Below are positions 1 to 8,947 of a DNA stretch of 64,000 bases, piece by piece. The notes under the pieces are model-generated. The model saw only the letters and a list, made by a program, of their open reading frames with translations. It searched no databases and was not told where the DNA came from. The position numbers and the translations under genes were made by a program. Origin of the DNA: Longimicrobiales bacterium (GTDB lineage: Bacteria > Gemmatimonadota > Gemmatimonadetes > Longimicrobiales > Gaopeijiaceae); contig CBDAON010000004.1 in assembly GCA_965198065.1 (NCBI GenBank), forward strand, positions 544,001-608,000. The letters run 5' to 3'. Positions within the stretch are counted from its first letter, which is position 1; every line of letters begins with the position of its first letter.

Positions 1-196
1 GCGTCGCCGGGTTCGGCGTGCGGTGGAGGGCCGGTCACCCGTTGTATCCGATGACCTCCTCCGCTCGATTCTGGATCACGAGGCGTTGCACACTCCGAAC
101 GATGGTGAGCCCCTGGACGAAGATGCGATTCGCCAGGCGGAGGATGAATTCTGGGAGGAAGATCAGTGGACAGATGCCGACGACTGGAGGGGTTGA
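1..196 (+). CDS. 3' end of a hypothetical protein with an acidic C-terminus (partial)
   Basis: Frame 2 is open from the window edge: ...DEDAIRQAEDEFWEEDQWTDADDWRG*, stop TGA at 194-196. Confidence 0.55.
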   Translation, partial: RRRVRRAVEGRSPVVSDDLLRSILDHEALHTPNDGEPLDEDAIRQAEDEFWEEDQWTDADDWRG

Positions 197-254
197 TTGC
201 GGGGATCCCTCTCAGCACTCCCCGGGGAAATCAAGCCGCATTCTCGTCGCAAGC

Positions 255-482
255 TTAGGCGTCCGTCCTCAACGCATCCATGGGGCGGATCCGGAGAGCC
301 CGCAGAGTCGGTGCGGTGCATGCCATCAACTCCACGAGGGCCAGCGCGAGTACGCCCGGAAAGACGGCAGCGGCGACGTTCGAGGGAGTCGGTCCGACCT
401 CAAGGACCCGGAGGGAGAGCCACACTGCTAGGGGCGCTCCCACGACCATCCCTGCGGCCAGTTTGTAGCGAGGCAATGGCAC
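255..482 (-). pseudogene. C-terminal fragment of a MacB/FtsX-like (ADOP-type) ABC permease
   Basis: Ends ...ACTAPTLRALRIRPMDALRTDA, the typical PxxRAxRIxPxxALR tail; only about 75 codons, with no room for the rest of the gene. Confidence 0.65.
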
Positions 483-545
483 ACACCGGAGTCTGGTTCG
501 CTAGCGGGCCGCGATGAAGGGCAAGCGGCGCCGATGACGGAGGGG

Positions 546-1244
546 TCACGGCCCGGTAACGGCACTCTCTGCAAGGCTGTCCGGCCGGGCGAGGAGCCTC
601 GACCGGAGCGTCGGATAGAACTGCACGAACACGTGGTCGAAGGCTCCCTCCTCGGCGTGGCAAGAGTAGCAGGAGGCATCTCCGCGGACTTTCGCGGAGG
701 TTGCTGTGCTCTCGTTCCGGAAGTTATAGAAGGCCCACCCCGTGGGATCGACGCCGGCCCACTTCACGTGCACCTCGACTCCGCCGACGCGGTCGCCCTC
801 GTAGAAACCCGAGAGCGCCGGGCTGGCCTTCTGCGACGCCGAATAGAACGAGAGAATGAGCATGGCACCATCAGGGAAGGCGCCGTTCTCCATCGTGTAG
901 CGATAGGCCCACGGCTGCATGTGCACGTTGTGGAACCGCCCTGGCGATGTAGCGGAGCCCCCACCCCTCGGCTCCGAGTACGAGAGCCCGGTGGAGGCCC
1001 CGACCAGAACCCACTCCTCCCACCCAACGGGACGGACGAGCTCTCCGTCCGAGGTGAACCGGGGAAGCTGATCCGCCGACGGCTCGGCGGGACCGCCCCC
1101 GGTTCGAACCCCCGCGCACCCGAAGGCCAACGGGAGAAGCGCGGACGTCACCCACAGGGGCGAGAGCCGCCGACCGAACGACCGCGCCCCGAGTGCGCGA
1201 GTTCTCGTCACGAAGCCCTTCCGGGGTAAGCGAGTCGTCATCAC
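546..1244 (-). CDS. Cytochrome P460 / cytochrome c'-beta family protein, probable lipoprotein
   Basis: WVLVGASTGLSY, FHNVH, FPDGAML, GWAFYNF, C-terminal CYSCH heme motif, DHVFVQFYP; AFGC lipobox-like. Confidence 0.85.
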   Translation of the reverse strand: MMTTRLPRKGFVTRTRALGARSFGRRLSPLWVTSALLPLAFGCAGVRTGGGPAEPSADQLPRFTSDGELVRPVGWEEWVLVGASTGLSYSEPRGGGSATSPGRFHNVHMQPWAYRYTMENGAFPDGAMLILSFYSASQKASPALSGFYEGDRVGGVEVHVKWAGVDPTGWAFYNFRNESTATSAKVRGDASCYSCHAEEGAFDHVFVQFYPTLRSRLLARPDSLAESAVTGP

Positions 1245-1266
1245 GAAGCCCTCGTCAGTTCAGGAC

Positions 1267-1283
1267 TGCCAGAGCGACGCCAA
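1267..1283 (-). promoter_or_regulatory. Putative sigma-54 -24/-12 promoter
   Basis: Minus strand TTGGCGTCGCTCTGGCA has exact GG-N10-GC spacing, about 25 nt upstream of the cytochrome start. Confidence 0.35.
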
Positions 1284-1438
1284 GTTCGGCGATTCGTCGC
1301 CGAGCCGGCCCTCAGCTAACAAATACTTGTACATGACGAGAAGCGAAAGAAGGCGCTCGCGTGCGTGACGAAGTTGGGGCACCATCTCGGGGCCGGCCTC
1401 CTGTCGGGGCCGTGCTCCCCGGCCTACCATTCCCGCGT

Positions 1439-2863
1439 ATGAGGACCCGGAAGCTCTCGATGGCCCTTCCCGAGCGGATCCGGCTGTCTCTGGTGGACGA
1501 CACCAGGGACTTGATCCCGATTTCCATCCCCTCCGCCCGGATGTGGCCCGTCGGTCTCGTGTTCGGAGCGGTCTTCGCCTTGTTCGCCGCGATCGCGTTC
1601 ACGCAGGTGCGTTCGATCTCCTTCGGGGACGTCGAATCGATCTTCGACCTCTCCCTCGCCCTCTTCACGGGATTCTGGGTCCTGGGCTGGTCGGTGGGCG
1701 TCATGATCTTCTTCCTGCTCACCGTGCTCTTTCTCCTCTACGGGGAGTCCGCCCGCATCCGGGGAGACCGGCTGATCCACGTGCCCCGGCTGGGGCCGCT
1801 CAAGATTCTGATCGAGTACGACCTGGCCAGGGTCCGAAACCTTCGGGTGGAGCCGTCCAATGCCCCGGGGCGAGGCCGGATCCGGTTCGACTATGGCGGG
1901 GGCGACCATGGGATTGGAAACGACCTGCCCCTGGACGCGGCCGAGGAGCGGATCCGGACGATTCAGTCGGCGATCGACGCCCTCAGGGACAGCGCGGCGG
2001 CCACCGCGGCCCCGATCCACGTCAGGGAGCGCGACGATGACCTGCCCGGAATCGACGTCCTTCGCTGGCTGCCGCCCGGGAGGCGGAAACGACGGGAGGA
2101 GGAGGACGCCGCTACTGAGCCTCGGTCCGCCAACGAAGCTCCGGCCGAGCCCCAGGCCGGCGACGAGCCCAGCGAGCCCATCCCACTGACGTCCCGCTCG
2201 GGCATGGCCCTCCTGGCCGCGAACCTGATCCCCCTCGCCGGCATCGTCTTCCTCGGATGGGACCTGGGCGAGATCATGGTCCTGTTCTGGTCAGAAAACG
2301 CTGTGATCGGCTTCTACAACCTTCTGAAGCTGGCCGTGGTCACTAGGTGGGCGGTCATCTTCGTGGGTCCTTTCTTTCTCGGACACTTCGGCGGGTTCAT
2401 GGCCGTCCATTTCCTGTTCGTCTACTACATGTTCGTGCGCGGTATCGATTCCGTTGGAACCGAGGGTCCGGTGCTCGAGTCGCTGGGCGAGCTGTTCATC
2501 CCCCTCTGGCCCGCGCTGCTGGCGCTCCTGGTGAGCCACGGGATCTCGTTCGCGACGAACTTCCTGAGTCGGCGGGAGCACGCGGGGAGGAGCGCATCCG
2601 ATCAGATGAGCGAGCCCTACAAGCGGGTCATCGTCCTCCACGTGACGATCATCTTCGGCGGCTGGCTCATCCTGCTATTGGGAAGCCCGCTCCCGGCACT
2701 GATCCTGCTGATCATCCTGAAGACCGCCGTGGACCTCCGCGCGCATCGACAGGAGCACTCGGGGCCGGCCCCTCACTTCACGAGGGCAATCGGGAAGAAG
2801 ACGAGAAAGCCGATGACGAGGAGGACAGGAGCCAAGGCCAGTGAGCCCTGGATCAGGAGGTAA
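1439..2863 (+). CDS. Membrane protein with a C-terminal DUF6498-like domain
   Basis: LAANLIPLAGIVFLGWD...FWSENAVIG, FFLGHFGGF, MSEPYKRVIVLHVTIIFGG, DLRAHRQEH; start uncertain (1439 or 1460). Confidence 0.75.
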   Translation: MRTRKLSMALPERIRLSLVDDTRDLIPISIPSARMWPVGLVFGAVFALFAAIAFTQVRSISFGDVESIFDLSLALFTGFWVLGWSVGVMIFFLLTVLFLLYGESARIRGDRLIHVPRLGPLKILIEYDLARVRNLRVEPSNAPGRGRIRFDYGGGDHGIGNDLPLDAAEERIRTIQSAIDALRDSAAATAAPIHVRERDDDLPGIDVLRWLPPGRRKRREEEDAATEPRSANEAPAEPQAGDEPSEPIPLTSRSGMALLAANLIPLAGIVFLGWDLGEIMVLFWSENAVIGFYNLLKLAVVTRWAVIFVGPFFLGHFGGFMAVHFLFVYYMFVRGIDSVGTEGPVLESLGELFIPLWPALLALLVSHGISFATNFLSRREHAGRSASDQMSEPYKRVIVLHVTIIFGGWLILLLGSPLPALILLIILKTAVDLRAHRQEHSGPAPHFTRAIGKKTRKPMTRRTGAKASEPWIRR

Positions 2864-3027
2864 AAGCCGAGGAGAACGGTTACGAGCCCAGCGCCTCCGA
2901 AGACGCCGGTCCACGGCGAGAACGCCAGAGCCTCCGGGGCGCGCTTCGGAGTCGTCGGAGGGCCGGCGTCCGACTTGCGGGCATCCGACTGGAGCGCCTG
3001 TTCCCGGTCCCTGCGTCTTCGGCCCAT
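2773..3027 (-). CDS. Small membrane protein with two predicted TM segments
   Basis: Hydrophobic C-terminal hairpin (VLLGFYLL...LAPVLLVIGFLVFFPIALVK); starts 12 nt after the peptidase stop. Confidence 0.6.
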   Translation of the reverse strand: MGRRRRDREQALQSDARKSDAGPPTTPKRAPEALAFSPWTGVFGGAGLVTVLLGFYLLIQGSLALAPVLLVIGFLVFFPIALVK

Positions 3028-3039
3028 CGTCGGTGAACC

Positions 3040-4179
3040 CTAGGGGAAGCCCCGGGGGGGGTCAACCTTGCTCGAGCGCCACGGCTCGCCTCCGGACCGG
3101 TCACGGCTGGTCGGGTCTCCGCCTGACACGCCTTGGGTGGCCGACTCCCAGTACGCCGGGCGGGCCGGAGGCTCCAATGCCCGGAGCCGAGCCATCCGCT
3201 CGAGGTCTCGCCGCCTCCGGATCCGGAAGAGCAGAGCGAGGCCCACGGCCGCCAGGAGCCAGAACACAGCGGTCCGGGACGCCACCAGGATCCAGCCGTA
3301 CGTCTGCTCGACGTGCTCGAGCCAGAGCCGCTCGAAACCCACGCTCGTGATGCCGAACGCGCTTCGGAACGCCGACTCGAATGCTCCGGCTTCCCGCCAG
3401 CGGGCGAAGAAGACCTCCATCCCGCGTAGACCGCTCTCCCGGAAGAGGTACTCGACGGCAGACGCCGAGAGCAGGTAGGCCAGCTCCGCGCTCGATCGGT
3501 CCATGGGCCAGCGGAGGCTCAGGGAATCCAGGGGGGATCCGCCCCGCGCCAGGGCCAGGCGGAGCCGCCAGGCCTCGTCCACGTTCCACCCGCCCGACGC
3601 CACCTGGGCGTACCCCTCGTCGAACCACCGCGGAATGGCGAGCCCGTCCAGGTACTGGTGGAGCCCGAGGTGGGCCCATTCGTGGAGCGTGGTCCGATCC
3701 CGAGCGGTGAGCCCGCCCCCGGGCGACTCGAAGAGCGGAATCACGGCCCTTTCGAGCACGGGGAGCGTCACGCCCGCTCCCCAGTCGGGAACGCGGCCCC
3801 CCGTAAGCGCGTCCCACACCTCGGGGTCTGGCGCGAGGAAGATCACTGCGCGGCCCGGCACGTCGGCGGGGAGGCCGGGCGGAGAGGGGACGCGATCGAG
3901 GACCTCCACGACGCGCCGGGCCCGCTCTTCGCCGCCGGGCCAGTACACGACACGGAGTCGGGACGAGAGTGCGGGGCTCGCGGGAACGAGCACCTCCGCC
4001 TCCCCGATTCGTGGCACGTCCGAGGGGAAGACGAGGGAGGCCGGAAACGCCTCTTGGGCCCCGCCCGACGGTGTTTCGATCTGGGCGTCAGCGTCGAGCC
4101 AGGCGCCGGACAGCGCGTCCAGCTCGGTCCCGAGCGTGGGCCCGAGCCAAAAGACGGCGAGAACGAGAAAGCGCCCCAT
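3040..4179 (-). CDS. Peptidase MA-like zinc metallopeptidase
   Basis: HEWAH (HExxH) plus PRWFDEG; signal-like N-terminus and a C-terminal TM helix. Confidence 0.85.
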   Translation of the reverse strand: MGRFLVLAVFWLGPTLGTELDALSGAWLDADAQIETPSGGAQEAFPASLVFPSDVPRIGEAEVLVPASPALSSRLRVVYWPGGEERARRVVEVLDRVPSPPGLPADVPGRAVIFLAPDPEVWDALTGGRVPDWGAGVTLPVLERAVIPLFESPGGGLTARDRTTLHEWAHLGLHQYLDGLAIPRWFDEGYAQVASGGWNVDEAWRLRLALARGGSPLDSLSLRWPMDRSSAELAYLLSASAVEYLFRESGLRGMEVFFARWREAGAFESAFRSAFGITSVGFERLWLEHVEQTYGWILVASRTAVFWLLAAVGLALLFRIRRRRDLERMARLRALEPPARPAYWESATQGVSGGDPTSRDRSGGEPWRSSKVDPPRGFP

Positions 4180-4221
4180 GGGAGACGTCCTACCCCCGGA
4201 GCCGAGGAAAGGGCAGCGCGG

Positions 4222-5846
4222 TTAGCGGCCGGGCGCGACCGCAATGAGCTCGAGGTTCGTCCGCACGACCTCGTTTTCGGGATTCAGCTCGAGCGCCTTC
4301 TTCCAGAGCTCGAGGGCCCAATCCCGGTCCCCGTCCTTGTAGACCAGATTCCCCAGCTTCAGGTACAGGTCGTCGCCCAGACGGGAGTTCAGCTGGAGCG
4401 CGCGCTCGTAGTGCGCGCGGGCCCCGGCCTGGTAGCCGCGGCGATAGGCTAGGTCGCCCAAGTTCTTGTGCGCCTGCGGGAGCGGTGGAGTCTCCCCCAC
4501 GGCTCTCAGGTAGAGGGCCTCGGCCGCGTCGCTCTCTCCTCGGCGCTCGAGCACCGCGCCCAGATTCACGAGGATCGCGCCGTTTCCAGGGTAGGCGGTC
4601 ATCCCCTCGCGGCCCAGGTGTAGCGCCTCGTCCATCTCCCCGGCCGCCGCGGCGGCGAGGAGGGCGTACGCGAAGTACATGGGGAGCGGAGCCTCATCCT
4701 TCCCGAGAGAGCGCCGGTATTTCCGGAAGCCCTCGAGCGCCGCCTCTGGCTGATGGTTCTTGAAGCGAGCGATCGAACGTGCCAGAACGAGGCGGCCGTC
4801 GTCGGGAACGAGGCCCAGCGCGCGGTCGATGGACTTGAGCGCCTCGGCGTAGCGTCCGAGCTGCTCCAGGGCCACGGCCCGGTTCCTGAGGATGATCGCC
4901 CCGCCGTCTTCCTTGGCGAGAAGGGCATCGAAGTGCTCGAGAGCCTTCTCCGGCTCACCCGCCCGGAGCGCGATTATCGCCAGGCGGGACCGAGCCTCCG
5001 CCTGGCCAGGATCGGCCTCCACCACGGCTCCGTACTCCCGTTCGGCATCCTCGAGCATCCCGGCCCGATAGAAGGCGTCGCCCAGGTTCAGCCGCTGGGT
5101 CACGCTCACGTCCTCACCGGCTGGGGCCTCCCGGCGGCCGCTCCCGTAGACGAAGCCCGCCTGGAGCAGCCCGTACAGTGCCTTCGTGCCCTCGAACTCG
5201 ACGAGCCCCGACTCCTCGATCACCTCCTCCACCGTCATCTGGCCGTCCAGGAGCGAGAGGATCTTCTCCTGCTCCTTCGAGAGCTCCACGTCCTCGCTCT
5301 CTCCCGGAAGGCGCTCCACCGAGAAGATAAGGTCCAGGGATGGGATCTTCTTCTGGATGAGCGAGAGCTCGTCCACCCGGCGCGCCCCCTCGAGGAGGAG
5401 GCTCTCCGCGGCGATCGAGACGAGCATCCCGCCGTGCTCGTCCGGGGCCTGGTCCGGATCGAAGTGGAAGGAGCCCTGGTCCCAGTTGAACAGGTGGTAG
5501 ACCGCCTCTTCGATCTGGATGGTGATGAAGCGGTTCAGCTGCTCCTCGGTGATGCTTCCACGCTCAACCAGGATCTGTCCCAGCCGCTTCCCGGGATGGC
5601 TAGCCTGGGAATGCATGCCAGCGGAGAGCTCTTCCCGGTTGATTACGTTGTTTCGCACCAGGAGCTCACCCAGGCGGTCGGGTCGATTGAGCACCGTCGC
5701 GTAGATGACCCGGCCGCCCTTGAAGTAGACGTACCCGAAGTTCGAGCGGTCCGTGACGGTGAGGCAGCCCGTCTTCCGACCCATCGAGAGGAGCTGGCAG
5801 ATGTCCGCCAGGCTCATTTGTCCCGGAGCTGACCCTCAATGCCCAT
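4222..5846 (-). CDS. DUF4388 domain plus TPR-repeat protein (apparent frameshift at about 5818)
   Basis: MGIEGQLRD (ATG 5846) joins MSLADICQLL...KTGCL if 2 extra As are removed; RLGELL/RLGQIL motifs, LLLEGARRVDE, C-terminal TPRs. Confidence 0.85.
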
Positions 5847-5858
5847 ACGGCCTCACGC

Positions 5859-7905
5859 TCACTCCTCCTCCTCCTGGACGAGGTCCTCGAGCACGGGCCA
5901 GTCCCACACGACCCGTTCCCGGTCAGGGAACCAGTCCGCCGCCCCCGACGCCTTGGGCACTGCCACGACGAGGCCCTCCTCCGTTCTCGGGCTGCTCCTC
6001 CCTCTTGCGGCCCCGGGATACCCCCGCCAGTTCGCGCACGGCCGCCAGGTCGTCCATCTCGTCCTCGGTCCCGTTCGGTTGAGCGGCGTCGGCCACGATC
6101 AGGCCCGGCTCCGGAGTCGAGGTCGTCTCGGGCTCGGTGAGCGAGATCTCCCGCTCGTAACCCGTGCCCGAGTCCGGCGCCTGGACGGGCCCAGGGGCCT
6201 CGTCGGTCGTAGTCGTCGCCTCAGAGCGCTCGGGCTCGGCCTCGGTGGGACCCTCCTCGGCCAGCGCGAACTCCCCGTCCACGCTCAGGTCGGAGCCGCC
6301 GGGCTCGGGACCCAGCTCGACCACTAGCCCTCCCTCGAACCGGGAGAGGAGGCGGTCGTCCACCCCTTCCACGCGGGAGGGAGGGCGGTCGGCGGCGAGG
6401 AGGATTCGCCCACCCCTCCGGATCAGGGCCTCGAACAGGTGGAAGAATTCCTCCTGCGCGCGCTCCGTGCCGGAAAGGCCCTCGATCCCGTGGAGAAGGA
6501 GCAGCTCGACCGACCACCAGCGCTCCCGCCACGCCCCGGCGACCCCGTACGAGATCGCGCGGATGAACTCCTCCGCGAACTCGGACACGGAGACGAGGGC
6601 AGCCCGACCCTCCGGACGTGTCCGGATGAACGTCCGTCCCGCCGCCTCGAGGATCCCGCGCGCACGCGCAGGATCGGGAGAATAGAGGTAGAGTGGATTG
6701 TAGTCCGGACGCTCCACCTTCATGAGCCGGGACGCGGCTCGAAGTGCGAGCGCCGGGTACTTGCCCTCGAGCTCCGCCAGGCTGGGACCCTCCGCGATGG
6801 GCGAGAACGCGCGGGCCCGTTCGCGCGCCGACGCGAGGAGGCTCTCCGCCTCGGCGAGCCGGTCCGGATCCCGGAGCAGCGTGGTCGCAGCTTCCGGCCA
6901 CGGATTCCCGAGATCGTTCAGCTCGATCCGGATCTCGCGAGCCCGGTCGAGGTCGTTCCGGAAAGTCTGGAGGGTCTCCTCCCAGTCCTCGGGCTCCTCC
7001 TGCTCATCGAGCAGCTTCGCGATCCGCTGGACCGAGAACCCCTCTCCCTCCCCTTGGCTCACGGTCTCCCAGATCTCCTTCCGCCAGCGCGGTTCATCGG
7101 GCTTCGGGGCGGCGCCTTCGGCATCCGGGTCGCCCGATGTCCCCATCCCGCCCAGGAACTCCGCGAGGTCCGAGCCCCCCTCCTCGGAGCGATCTCCCAT
7201 GAGAGATGCGAGGTCGCCCACCATGACCGGGCGCCCCTCCAGCTCCTGGACGGCGAGGAGGCGGTTCAGGGCACCCTGGAGCTCCCGCACGTTTTTGAAG
7301 GGGTAGCGCGCCAACGCCTCGGCCACCCCTGCCGCCAGCGGGGTCCCACGCTCCTCCGACTTTCGGCGCATGATGGCCACCCGGGTCTCGTAGTCCGGCG
7401 GACCGATGTCCACGATGAGCCCGCCCGAGAACCGGGAGAGGAGCCTGGCGTCGAGCCCGTTGATCTCCGCCGGGGGCCGGTCGGAGGCGAGCACGATCTG
7501 GTTTCCCCGACCCGTTAGGGCATCCAGGGTGCGGAGCAGCATCTCCTGCGCCTGCGCCTGCCCGGTGAGGAACTGGACGTCGTCCAGGAGGAGCACGTCC
7601 AGCTTCAGATAGCGTTCGCGCATCGCGTCCTGGCCCCCCGCCTCGAGCGCCTTCGCGAGCTCGTCCAGGTAGCCTTCGAGCGTCCGATACACGACAACCC
7701 GATCCGGGCGCTGGCGCGCGCTGTGATGGGCGACGGCGGCCAGGATGTGTGACTTGCCGAGCCCCGAAGCCGAGTAGAGGAACAGCGGGTTGTAGCTCGT
7801 GCCCGGCGATTCGGCGGCCCGCTTCGCGGCGGCAAACGCGAGGCGGTTCGCCGGGCCGACGACGAACGTATCGAAGGTGAGCCGCGTATCGAGGTCGATG
7901 GTCAT
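5859..7905 (-). CDS. DnaA/Hda-like protein with tandem AAA+ modules (apparent frameshift at about 5985)
   Basis: TFDTFVVGPAN, YNPLFLYSASGLGKSH, LLLDDVQ, RLLSRF, NVRELQGAL; a second degenerate copy; tail WFPDRERVVWDWP...EEEE* in a shifted frame. Confidence 0.85.
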
Positions 7906-7921
7906 TTCCGCCGATCCGCCT

Positions 7922-8947
7922 TCAACCGTACGTGTCCCCTGGACTCGTGACCGGCCCCCGTGCCCACGCAGCCACCGCCTCCAGCTCCGGTGGCAGAGGC
8001 GCACGGAAGCTCATTCGCGCACCCGTCTCGGGGTGGGCGAACTGAAGCCGTTCCGCTTGGAGGAACGTCCGCGGGGTACGTCGGGCCAGCTCCCGCGCCC
8101 ACCCCCGGGCCGGGCCTCCCATTCCCTGCTCCCACGCCGCCCCGTAGACGGGATCGCCCACCACGGGGTGACCCAGATGCGCCAGGTGGACCCGGATCTG
8201 GTGGGTCCGACCGGTTTCGAGCGCTACGTCCAGGAGCTCCGCGGCCGCCCATCGCTCCTTCACCCGCGCCCGTGTCACCGCCCTCCGGCCCCCCTCGGTT
8301 ACTGCCATTCTCCGCCCTTCTTTGGGGTCCCGCCCGACAGGCGCGTCCACGCGGATCGGGCTCTCACGAAAATGCCCCCAGGAAGCGGCCACGTACAGGC
8401 GCCGGACCCGCCGCTCCTTCAGCGCCGCCGAGAGGGCATGGTGGGTCTGGTCGTCCTTTGCCACCACGAGGAGCCCGGACGTGTCGCGGTCCAGGCGATG
8501 GACGATCCCTGGGCGGAGCACCCCGCCGATCCCAGAGAGATCCCGAACATGGTGAAGGAGGGCGTTCACGAGGGTCCCGCGCGGGTGGCCGGGGGCCGGA
8601 TGGACGACCATGCCCGCTGCCTTGTTCACGACGACCAGGTGGCGGTCCTCGTACACGATGTCGAGCGGGAGATCCTCGGGCTCTGCGCGCAGGGGCTCAG
8701 GCGCGGGCACCTCGATCTCGAGGCGGTCCCCTTCGTTCACGGGCTCCGACTTCCGGACGGGAGCCCCGTTCCGGAGCACCTTCCCCGACTCGACGAGCGA
8801 CGCCACTCGGGTCCTAGACAGCTCGATGTGCTCCGCGAGCCACATGTCCAGCCGGATGCCCTTCCCTTCCTTCCCCACGACGAGGACCCGGCGCTCGGGG
8901 CCCGGCCGGGGCGCTTCGGCGTCCGCCGATCGGGCCCCGGCGCTCAT
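7922..8947 (-). CDS. rluD: RluA-family 23S rRNA pseudouridine synthase
   Basis: S4-like N-terminus, VNKAAGMVVHP, HRLDRDTSG, TGRTHQIRVH; ATGA overlap with ileS. Confidence 0.92.
   Translation of the reverse strand: MSAGARSADAEAPRPGPERRVLVVGKEGKGIRLDMWLAEHIELSRTRVASLVESGKVLRNGAPVRKSEPVNEGDRLEIEVPAPEPLRAEPEDLPLDIVYEDRHLVVVNKAAGMVVHPAPGHPRGTLVNALLHHVRDLSGIGGVLRPGIVHRLDRDTSGLLVVAKDDQTHHALSAALKERRVRRLYVAASWGHFRESPIRVDAPVGRDPKEGRRMAVTEGGRRAVTRARVKERWAAAELLDVALETGRTHQIRVHLAHLGHPVVGDPVYGAAWEQGMGGPARGWARELARRTPRTFLQAERLQFAHPETGARMSFRAPLPPELEAVAAWARGPVTSPGDTYG

Noticed and set aside
5859..7905. Canonical dnaA and replication origin
   Set aside because: No domain I or IV, no dnaN next to it, and no DnaA-box cluster noticed
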